From: Nemertoderma westbladi
Lineage: Eukaryota; Animalia; Xenacoelomorpha
DNA length: 64,000 bases
Direction of reading: 5' to 3'
Assembly (NCBI GenBank): GCA_032718475.1
Contig: JAUCBJ010000709.1
Coordinates: 2,866 to 66,865, forward strand
Shown: one piece after another, positions 49,112-59,900 of the stretch
Layout: the number at the start of each line of letters is the position of its first letter
How positions within the stretch are numbered: the first letter of the stretch is position 1
Made by a program: the position numbers and the translations under genes
Notes under the pieces: model-generated
Database searches by the model: none
What the model was told of the DNA's origin: nothing
Seen by the model: only the letters and a program-made list of their open reading frames with translations

Positions 49112-50020
49112 ATATTATATTGCTGTATACCGGTAATGACTGAATAACTAAAATAACTACAGTATGAAAAAGGGTCCCCTATAAATGCAATATATTTTGC
49201 ACAGTCGCAAATCCCTGACGCAATCAGCAGACTTTCCGTGTCCTTATTCAGGCTCGTAATAACTGCTGTTGGCCAGGAACCGCTAAGGGCAGTCCTTGTC
49301 CCTAGGCCTAGCGAGTTACCAAATCCACCTCTACAGGCAGCAGGAAGTTGGCTAGGCCTAAATAGTATCAGGTAAACCTGAGTACTGCTTGATTTTGCCT
49401 CCCACCCTTGGCCCTTAAATATCTGATATGAGACCCGTGCCCCGTAAGTCGCCCCAATATTCGCCCGTGAATCGCCCCCAGTCCATTGAATACATATACC
49501 CAAATTCCATGTTCCCGCACCTAGTACTGATATTGGACTATTCATTATAAATAAATCCGAAAAAATATTCAACTCGCGTTATGAGAAATTGAAATACCGC
49601 GAACAACTCGTCTTCATTATATGCTCGTCCTGTTTTGCATTAAAATATTTTTCCTAAACCAAGACTGACGATCTTTATACAGTTATAACTATGCAAAGTT
49701 TCGAAACTGTGCGAGTAACTGCTGATACATCTATGTGGAGATGTGTGATACAACGCCAATGCATCGTATGCCGATGTAGTAATATGGGTATTGAAATAAT
49801 ATTAAATCAATGTACACTCTTAAAGCTGCAGCGAAAAAATGTAGATAATTTTCTAGGTTTCGTATAAAATAATAATATTATTTTTAAGAACATTAATTTG
49901 ACTACTTTGCAAAAACTCAATTAAAAAATAACCAGACAAATATATTGCGGAACAAACTATTTCAGATATAAGCCTACAACAGTCATTATATCTTCTGTCA
50001 CCTGAGATAGTAAGTAATAC

Positions 50021-51061
50021 AACACGTTCGTGGGGACTTCGCGCAGCACGAGAGTGCATACATACAAATTTTGGTTTAATTTTATCTGCAATTGCCCGAC
50101 TTATTTCGGTTTTTACAAAAAGTCTGAACTGCAATTGCCCGACTTATTTCGGTTTTTATAAAAAGTCTGAAACCACCAGTACCGACTGACTTATTTTTGA
50201 CCAAACTTCAGATACTTTCCAAACTTTTAATGGACCGCATACGTACAAGTTTGGTTTAATTCATCATTTGATTGAACGACTTATTTCGGTTTTTATAAAA
50301 AGTCTGAAACTACCGGTAGCGAGTGTCAGACAGTCTTGTTTTGATAAAAACTCAGATTATTTCTAAACTTCTAATAGACTGCATATTACATAATAACAAA
50401 GTTGGTTTAATTCTAATAAGTATTGTTGGCTTTAAAGAATTAATATAAAAAATGGTGCAAAATAAGCTTTGCCACAGATATGATTCGAACCACCGCGAGA
50501 AGATCCCATTGGATGGCTAGTCCAACGCCTTATCAACTCAGCCAACACCGCTCGAGGCAACGAGCTGGCCAATGAAGGTATTACAGTTTTATACTGCAAT
50601 TTCGTAGTCACTACTGATGAACATTACAGCAGCAATTAACTGTAGGTACCGGTGTAGGCCTACGCAATTATTCCCGAGTTTCTAGCGGATCCCCAATTAA
50701 CTGTCTTAACTTTTCAATTTCGTAAAAGATAGATTTCATGATTATCTACGAGTAACCAAAATTTCAGCTCTGAAAAATGAGGCATTGCTGAGAAATTTAA
50801 CATTTTGTAAAAAGCACATAATCTGTCGTAGCTGACGTCAGACTGCATGATTTTTCACCAAACTTCACAAATTTTCTAAACTTTCCCTCTTCTACTTATC
50901 TACTAAGTTTGGTTCAATTCCGAACCAGCGATGCCGAGAAATTCGCGATCAAATATTTACCAGACAGACGGTCAGACGGACGGACAGACAGACGGACATG
51001 CCCCGTTGGGGCCTATATGAATCGTATGCCAAGGCTCGCCGACTACGTGTCTCGCCCCACA
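50021..51061 (+). mobile_element. Putative non-autonomous Helentron/HINE-like element
   Basis: Head ACACGTTCGTGGGG, internal tandem repeats, (GACA/GACG)n microsatellite, tail GGCTCGCC…CTCGCCCCAC. Confidence 0.55.
50471..50553 (-). pseudogene. tRNA-Ser-derived pseudogene or SINE head
   Basis: Minus strand TGGCTGAGTTGATAAGGCGTTGGACTAGCCATCCAATGGGATCTTCTCGCGGTGGTTCGAATC resembles eukaryotic tRNA-Ser(AGA); anticodon loop and acceptor stem are degenerate. Confidence 0.7.
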
Positions 51062-51292
51062 TTTATAGTATAGAGTCAATAGGAATTGAAATACAGGCAG
51101 GGTATGGTTGGAGTTATGTCTGGGTTGCTATAGCAATACTACTGGCTTCCTATGACAGTACAATTCGCCTCTGGTAAGGCCAACATCTCCCAGCCAGCTA
51201 GCCAATTTTTCAATTTCAATTTATTTCTCTTCCGTCTATATATATGATTGCACTCATAGTAATTAAAGCAGGAGAAACTAGCAAAGGAACAA

Positions 51293-53002
51293 ATGAGAGG
51301 GAGCGATTGGGAGACCTCTGTCAGTGAACTTCAGCAAAATCTTAAGGACAAATGTAATTATTCTTGTCTGCCAACAATCTCCCCAGTCACCATCCGGAAA
51401 GTCCTCCTCGCACTCTCAAAAGGTAAGGCACCTGATGCAGCTTCACTTGTTATCGAACTATTTCTTGTTCTGGAAGATAACCTCATCGACCCAATACTCG
51501 CTGATATTATAAATACATGCCTCAGACTTGGAGACACACCTGATTTGTTTGGCATGACAATTGTTACATACCTACATAAAGGCAAGGGAAGGGATCCAGC
51601 AGTCTGCACTTCATATCGCCCGATCGCAACCGTGAGCGTCTTTGGGAAGATCTTTGAGGCTGTGATATTGCGGGAGTTCCTCACATCACCAGGACTTGTA
51701 TGTGATTCTCAGTTTGCATATCAACCAAAGATTGGCACTGATCTGCTACTAGCCGCAATACTAGAAAGCCTTGAACATCAGAGAAAAGTGGGAAACTCAG
51801 TCTACCTCGTTCAGATTGACATTACAGCAGCATTCGACAATGTTGCCTATACCAGCCTATTCACAAAACTCATGGAACACATCAATCCTTACATTTGCTC
51901 TGCCCTACTGGCGTATTACCTTCATACAGTTGTATTCCTTAAATTTGGATCAGGTGTAAGCCTAGATGGTACCCGCCTCACTAAAGGAGTCAAACAGGGA
52001 TCCCTGCTCTCCCCTGTACTATTTAACCTGTACCTAAGAGATACCTTCTCCAAGTTAGACGAACAAGGTTATGGATGGCAACTTAGTGACGTCTGGCTGG
52101 GCGTCGTCTCTTATGCGGATGATATCCTTATAATGGCGAGGTCAGCTTCTGAAGCGGAACATATCGTTGCAGTCATCACTCAAAGTCTACGCGCCATAAG
52201 CCTAGATGTCCAGCCTGACAAAACTTCATGGGTATTCTTTCCGGGTAACAGTCACAGCAAGGTACACTGCACATTCCTAACTATCAACAATACGTTGGTG
52301 CCAGCCCACTCATCACTAACTTTTCTTGGTCACAAATTTAGTGCAAAGGAGGACAGCCTCACGCAGTGTATTAGAACGATCGCCTCAGTAGCGGATATAT
52401 TCCACAGAAATGGCTGGACAGTTAGGTGGCTGAAGGTAAATACTCTTAACTACCTCTGGAATACTATAGCGGTGCCAATCCTAACTTACAGCATGAGATT
52501 CCTCATTGGGGCACTGTCGCAACGAGAAGTAGACCAACTCGATATCTACTACCGTAAAATCTTACGAGGCCTGCTCTACCTGGGCACATATGCTAGTAAC
52601 CAAGTGGTAATGGACCTTATGAGTTGCGACCCAATATCAACTCGAGCATACAAAGATGCTCTAGGGACTATCTTGAGGACCACCACCTGCCCCAATACAA
52701 TCCTCCAGCCGTTCCTTAGACTATCACTTTTCATTAACAGTAGCAAACAGGACAACGATTATCATACTGCAAGTCTCAGTGGGGCCTACCGACAATGTTC
52801 CAACTCCTTCCCAATGCCAGATATCCTATCCATCCTAACATTCTCATACTGCAAGAAGGAATTATTATCTCGTCTAAACAACGGATCACTAACATCTGGT
52901 GAAGCGATGAAACGAAACTTTATTAATAACTGTTACAGCCTTCGCGAAACGTCTTTCGACGTGAAACACATGCGAATATTACAGTACTACAATGTGTCTT
53001 AA
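51293..53002 (+). CDS. Non-LTR retrotransposon reverse transcriptase (RTEX-like, 5'-truncated LINE; A-rich tail near 53333-53342)
   Basis: SYRPIA, QFAYQ, IDITAAFDNV, GVKQGSLLSPVLFNLY, SYADD; 569-aa open frame. Confidence 0.88.
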   Translation: MRGSDWETSVSELQQNLKDKCNYSCLPTISPVTIRKVLLALSKGKAPDAASLVIELFLVLEDNLIDPILADIINTCLRLGDTPDLFGMTIVTYLHKGKGRDPAVCTSYRPIATVSVFGKIFEAVILREFLTSPGLVCDSQFAYQPKIGTDLLLAAILESLEHQRKVGNSVYLVQIDITAAFDNVAYTSLFTKLMEHINPYICSALLAYYLHTVVFLKFGSGVSLDGTRLTKGVKQGSLLSPVLFNLYLRDTFSKLDEQGYGWQLSDVWLGVVSYADDILIMARSASEAEHIVAVITQSLRAISLDVQPDKTSWVFFPGNSHSKVHCTFLTINNTLVPAHSSLTFLGHKFSAKEDSLTQCIRTIASVADIFHRNGWTVRWLKVNTLNYLWNTIAVPILTYSMRFLIGALSQREVDQLDIYYRKILRGLLYLGTYASNQVVMDLMSCDPISTRAYKDALGTILRTTTCPNTILQPFLRLSLFINSSKQDNDYHTASLSGAYRQCSNSFPMPDILSILTFSYCKKELLSRLNNGSLTSGEAMKRNFINNCYSLRETSFDVKHMRILQYYNVS

Positions 53003-53949
53003 AGTCTCCCTTCGGGTAATGTCATCATATCAGCTTAGCTATTATAGTGCTGGTGAAGTGGGGGGGGGGGGGGGGGGGGGGGTGGTGGTTCAGTATACGT
53101 ATTTTTATTTTATTTTTTATTTTAACCTATGTTCTCTGCAGTACAATTTGGTATATTTTATTTGTGCGTTTGGTCTACCGTACTTTGTTCTTTTACCGGA
53201 TGTACTACGCACCACATGTAATTATTTGCGCGTTCGTTTTACTCGTTTTACCCGTCACTTGTGCATGATGTACTACACAATTTTACTTTGAAGATAATAT
53301 AATGTCGGCTGGACCGACGTCACTATGTTAATAAAAAAAAAATATTATAATTAATATCTGAGTTTGCCTAAAGATCGAGTCTGCGTTTATTTATATACTG
53401 ACGCAATATAGTTGGGGATACGAGATTACCAATAATAATCTCGCCTCATAACCAACTCGGGGGGGGGGGGGGGGGGAGGCTACACAGTCCCTAAAGCCAC
53501 ATAGAGATGTGAGAGGTCAAACCACCTCACTGGGAGAACACAGCTAGTAGAGGCTAGAGGCAGGGGGTAACACTCACAGGGAGTGCCAAAGTGACAATTA
53601 GTATGTAAGCCAATAGCAGACAGGGGAGCACGTGGGCAAAGATAGGAAAGCATCCATTGGGTACAGAAGGCCAAGTAGAGTAGAGGTGAAACCAATATCT
53701 ATGTGTATCAATCATATAGTTATCCTGATTACTGATTTACTGGTCAGTTCATTAATCACAGAGTTGCAGACCGGTTATAGTTTTAATCATCACTTTCGTC
53801 ATTTAACATCAATCATATAACTGCTGTTGTAATTCTGTATTGCGATTTCAATCCTATACTGTAACTGATTCTGTGCTATTATCATTGGAACATTAACATT
53901 GAGAAACACAAACTCTGTTATTTTCCCAAGCTCAGCAGCCCAGCAGAGG

Positions 53950-56900
53950 GTGTTCCCCCTGAGGTCTTTAAAATACCTGAGTGTTTAACCGGGTTGGTTT
54001 GGATGTGTCGGCTGAGCAAATAACAGACTTTCTGAACGATGAATCAGTTCCGTTTGATCAAATAATTCCGATAGAAGTAAATGACGGCGCTCGTTCTAGA
54101 TCCTTCCATCTGGTATGCAACCAGGATCAGCGTGAATCGGTAATGAATCCTGACCTTTGGGAAAGTGGAATTCTTATAAAGAATTACAACCTTAGTAATG
54201 CTGAGAGAGAGTCCTTCGGTCTAAGTGTCCGGCCTACGTTTAGGCATCAACGAGTTTGACTACCTCAACAAGATGAAAATACTAATAACAGCCCTTTCGA
54301 ACAATCTGCCGGGGCAGCGGATCCCGCCGCCCCGGTTGTTCGCCCAGCGGTTCACGCAGCCCCGGTTGTTCGCGCAGCAGTTCCCACCACAGGAACGGCT
54401 CACTGTAAACTATCTACCATGCTCTGGAATGTGGAAGGCCTGAAATCAGTACTCAATCATTCACACAACGACATAGTGTTCGACACAGACGTCCTTTTAC
54501 TCAATGAAACCATGGCGACAGTCAGTCTGGATATTCCAGGGTTTTACTCATTCGAGTCATTGGCAACGAAAACTGAGGGTGAGGCAGACCATTTGGTGGC
54601 ATAATGATAGCCCCAGTTAAACATGAACTTATGTTTCATATGTGGTATATATATGTTGTATGGAATAGGTGTGTCTGGAAATTGGGTTTTTATGCTCATG
54701 TATGAATAATACATGTCTCGCATGCGGTGATACATACACTTAGAATGTGTGTATCGCCATTTATGGTATTTATATGTTGCACATATGCATTTATCATAAA
54801 TAAATGTGTGAGAATGCGCATGTGAATAATATATGTCGAGCATATATGAAATAGCCATAGCCAAGACTCCGAGTTAAATTTAAATCCATAAACTATTCAA
54901 TTCGTAATTGTGAATCCAGTTCATGGATTTTATATATTGCCCACATGTTTGCCTTATGGTAATACAGGCCTTACAGTAATACATGTACAGAAAATAATAG
55001 CGAGGGGGGATGCGGAATTTGTTGATGTCACTACTCAGCTTTTTGCATTAAGAACAAATATCGTTTTAATCAACAGTATAATACGTTGAATCTATATTTT
55101 TTGTTATACTGTATTTTCAAAGTTCCGACTATTTAACCATTTTAACCATTTAAATGATCTGTGAAGGCTGTATGGACACTATATTGAAGTAACCATAGTC
55201 GATCGTCCAATTGTTTTGTTTATTGCATTTGAGGACTGGTGGTGGGACACATTCTTAAAATGATAGGCATTTCATAGTCTGATCCTGCAATCTTTCTTCT
55301 TAACCACGTCGGTGTCTCTTGCAGTTTAGCTAGTGAATCGAAAATTATTTTATATTTTACCCATAACAACATAATGCATTGCATAAGCCTACCGCTTATC
55401 ATAGTCCACTCAATTGTTCAGTGATGCAGTGTGTGACTTGCCTGCTTTCTGCCTTGCACTATGTACATTGTGCTGTGCATTTGCATTGTACAGTGCTGTA
55501 TTAACAGAATTAGACAATTAGTATGGCTGTATGGTGGTTTTCAATTGTCAGGTTGTGGTTTTGCATTGTCTTCTGCGCTGCTAATTATCAGTAAGGGGTA
55601 CAGACATAGACAGATAACATACATGCATGCACTATACCAGGCGTAAGGTAGGCAGGAGGCCTATTGCAGTTCTTATCCCGTTAAAAAATTGAACATATGT
55701 TTCATATGTGGTATATATATGTTGTACGGAAAAGATGTCTTAAAATTAGATATAAAATATCATATGAGCAATTATATGATCTTAGAATTAATTAATTTTC
55801 GAAGATTTAACAAAATGAATAATCTATTATAGTTGGAAATTAGATAACTTAATTAAATCTAACTAATAGAATACGAATTTACGGATCATTACCAAAATCT
55901 ATTAAGGATACTCTCATATCACTATGGATTAAATATTTTCATATATACTCCGATGCTTCCTTCTCTAAATGTATAGGGTAGGTGTAGGGCCGTAGGATAG
56001 GGTGTAGGGATTGGCTAGGATAAGGTACTGAGGTAGGCTACCCCCCCCCCCGCCCCACCTCTCTATAGGAAATGCAGACCCACACCAGTGATTGGTCGGT
56101 CTCAGTTTAAATTTTTACTCTTTTTGTCGCACTTGTCACATAAAAAACATATATGTATCACATGTGAACATTCCACATATGGATCACATTTGACAACACT
56201 GTAACATTTACATATATGTATCACATGTCGAATTATTTATGGCAACCATATATGAAACACATACTCATGTTTAACTGGGGCAGTCAAACCACAGCTAAAT
56301 CCTAAACTTATAGGGAAGAGTGAAAATTTTATATGCGTACAAACTGATCATGTTTTATTATTTTGCTGCTACTTCCAACCTAAAACGGCTCTAGAGGACT
56401 TGATTGACGGCGTACTAACTGCATTAGATCACATTCCCAAAAACTTTGGGGGTCACATTATATTTACGGGTGACTTCAACGCTCGTATCGATGTTAACGA
56501 CAACCCCAAGGCTGATGCCTTGATCAAACTTATGGAAAACATGGACATGTCTCTGCATTCAGATCCGGCGGAGCCTACATACATTTGTCACAATGGCAGT
56601 AGTGCAATAGATTTGATATTCTCAAACGAATTAACAGAGCGCATCAACGGCGTTGCGAACGCAATGCGGAAACACACCCCTATTAAGGCGATGTGGAATT
56701 GCAAAATTTTCAATCCAAAAACTACAACTCCACATACAGAATTTCTGAGGAAGCGCGAAATAAATCTCGGACTACTGCAGAACGACGAGAGACTCGATCA
56801 TACATACAATCTGCTAACCGAGAACCGAACAGATGAGGCATATTTACTCTTATCTAATGCGATAAAAGAGGCGGCACCGGCTCTTAGCGACACGAAAAAA

Positions 56901-56974
56901 CGCTTCACGAAACGCTGGTTTGACTCGGACTGCTACCGCAAATGGCGCGAGGTTTTATCTATTCATAATGCCTC
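53950..56974 (+). mobile_element. LINE 5' portion (ORF1 fragment + APE endonuclease, RTEX-like), interrupted by a MITE and truncated
   Basis: ORF1-like 53981-54259 (…SFHL…NPDLWESGILIKNY); APE 'WNVEGL…LNET', 'TGDFNAR', 'PTY…SAIDLIF', 'RWFDSDC'. Confidence 0.8.
54612..56279. mobile_element. CMC-EnSpm-like non-autonomous DNA transposon
   Basis: TIR CCCAGTTAAACATGA; 2-bp TSD GC; excision restores the APE frame (IMIAVKPQL). Confidence 0.8.
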
Positions 56975-59900
56975 TGTTGGCGAGAGTACACGCCATTGTA
57001 ATATTCTTATCGAAAGGCATTAGATTAGCTTAGTTATCTTTAGGTACGCACCAAGAAAATTTTGATATTTTATAATATATTATGGTCAGTCATATTGTCG
57101 TAAGAAATCTAAAATCTACTGTATAATATACCTAAACTGTGTGCAACGATACCTACAAATAACATTAGGAAAGTATTATTTAAACAACCCACCAAAAAAA
57201 AAATATATTTAAAAAGGTGCCATTTGCAACATTTCTATTGGACGCCAGTCTTGCATTAGGCCAGGCGGGCATATGATTCATTCTATGTGCATAAGTCACA
57301 ATACTTGTACAGTTGTACTCAAAAACTCCTAAAATTCTGAATTCTGTACTGTGCTGCTGTACTTGTGTACTGCTGTACTGGAATATGTACCGGTCCGGTG
57401 CTGCCTGACTGATTATACAATTTAAATTTAATTAATTTTACATATTAATATTCTGCAATGTGCTGATCAATAATACAGACTTTTAAAACCTAGTCCGCGG
57501 TCAGTGAGTCAGTGCCGTGCAGAGCCTACCGTCAGACCGTGCTGTCGTACCTTGCAACGTTGAAGGCGGTAAATCCCTGTGATATGGAGTAGGGATCATC
57601 TAGGCCCGACGCAGGCCTATGGAACGTGAAAGGGGGAAAGTCTGAGATGCGTTAGCTAACAAAATCAGGGAAGTTGAACTATTGTACCAGGCCAGCCACT
57701 GCAGTAAGCGTTGTATTTGTTTTAAAATAGGGGAGATTAACCGCATTACAGTAATTTAGTTGCTTGGCGTTTATTTTGGGGCCCAAAAAAGGGGCACAGT
57801 TGACTTTGTTACCCTTTGCATTTACTACCAGGTGTCAAGTTATGAGGTCAATTGTGACTGATAACAGGGCAGCAGGGGTAAGTGGTGAAGTGTAGGCGCC
57901 TAGCTAAAAATTGTGCGGTGTGATTAGGCTAAGCCAAATAAGGGAGGTTCGGGAGGTGCGTCCTAATTGTTACTACAGGATTAGCGCCCTAGTTTGTGAG
58001 CTTCTTTGTGAGGGTTCATTGGGTTTTATTTTGCTTTATTCATTCATGCCCTGATGGTTTGTTGTGGGATTAGCTTGGCGTTGAGAAATTAATATATATA
58101 CCAAGTTTCGGCTTACTATCGTTACCTACGGTCTTGGGAGGTGAACGAAAATAAGTTTTTATCATCACGGTACCGTATTTTATTTTCTCATCTCATTTTA
58201 ACCCATTTCACAATTCCTACAGGTACATTTGTATAGCGAAGCCAAGGTTTACCCTTTTTCCCTTACCTGCTGCTTGATGAACAACGATACTTGCGTCAAA
58301 CAAAAGCCAAAGGGTGATAAACATTATTTTGATCTATCTATGCCAAAACCCCCTTACTAGAAACATACATTTTTACATTGCAAAAACTATAAAACGGTTT
58401 CATTCTAGAATATTTCGGATAAAATTATGTAATATTGTTTTGGACCTCGCCACTATTTGAATTACACTGCAGATCGGATCGAGTCGGGATTCCAACTGGA
58501 TTACTGGGTTGTTGTAAAATAAATTATTTAAGCGAGTGGGTATCTCGCATTATTGCCAGAAAGTTGTAGAAAATTATCATTTAAAATATTTAGATTTCCC
58601 TTTGTAGCGGGTGTTTTCTGCAATCATTACCGGTATGGATTTTAGCAGGGTTATATGTGCTATTTGAGCACAAATAACTGTAGCTGCATTTGGATTTTCA
58701 ACAGTATTGGATTAGCTGCTGTTGGATTTATCAGTAGTAAATGCAAAAATTATTTAATAATTTATTTTTCAGAAAATTTTGAAATAAAAGTTTTAGAAAG
58801 TTAAAAAATTGGATAAAGTTTGACTGATAAAATTCTAGAACAAAGTGATCTTTGGGATCGTGAGTTCGATTTTCTGTTTTGTATTCAGGTTGTGGCGAAT
58901 TTGAATTTAATTTTGCCTTTCAATTTTGGACAAAATTTGTAATTTACAGTAGGGTAAATCTGCCAGGCCACCGCTGATTTCTCTATACAACTTACAGGTA
59001 CGGGTAAAGTCACTGCAAATGAGTTCGGGAGCCCGGAGACGCCAAATCCGTCGGTGCATTCGTGGTCCGCGCAACCCACGATTACTTTGGCATTCGAAGA
59101 AACGCGACTTCAGGGGTCCGAGGTTGGTCGTAGTGTCAGTAGCTGTGTTTGTGAGATCTATAGATCAATTTTGTGGTAGTCTGCTGGTTTGTATATACAT
59201 ATATACTAGGTATATAGTGGCGTACCGGTATATATCAGACTTTGATGTTATTATACTTTCCCGATTTTTTTTGAACACAAATGTGTCAACAATTTGTGTT
59301 TGTAAGCACGCGTTTTTGTAAACCATCAATTTCCCCAGAAAAGTTCCATTGATGCCTAGCGGGGCCTTTTAAATTTAAAATAAAATATATTATATATATA
59401 TATTTTAAAAACTTTGCAGCAAAAAACCTATTATGATAGTCAATATATCGCGGTAAATTTGAAATTCGAAAGTTGGTAAATTTCGAATATTTTTTGAGTT
59501 ATAAATATATAGAATATATATAACCCGCGATATTGTTATAATATTTCCCATCGCGGTAATAAATAGCTTACCTATTTTATAAGCTAACCTATTTTATTAT
59601 ATACCGCACATCATTTAGTCAATTTGACTACTGTTTAAATAAATTAAGTAATCAAACCTATCCTGACAATGAGTCAGACATCCCAGACAGACATTCCGGT
59701 AACGGACGATTTCGAGACAGCTGATGGACTCAGTCAGCAACTTGACGTGTCAGTTACACCAGACACTGAGACTATTAGTGAGCCTGCCACACAACCAGCA
59801 GGTGTCGTTGCCACTGAAAGATTAATAGCAGAGGGTGGTGCTCACACACTAATCGACACACAGCACCCTGACTCTGAAATTCCTGACGCCGACAGTAGCG

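Larger units (their letters stand above)
41595..49203 (-). mobile_element. BEL/Pao LTR retrotransposon, full length
   Basis: LTRs 41595-41834 and 47865-49203 (the latter interrupted); TG…CA ends; 5-bp TSD GTCGC; PBS-like TTTTGGTGCC next to the 5' LTR. Confidence 0.95.
40683..49605. mobile_element. Probable solo LTR (~1.3 kb once the nested BEL is removed)
   Basis: TGTT…AACA ends; 5-bp TSD ACTCG (40678-40682 and 49606-49610); the flanks rejoin to a sequence seen uninterrupted near 26560; internal GC-rich direct repeats. Confidence 0.75.

Noticed and set aside
53060-53476. Long poly-G/poly-C runs (also near 28093 and 48934) as functional elements
   Set aside because: No supporting context, and homopolymer lengths are unreliable in assemblies.
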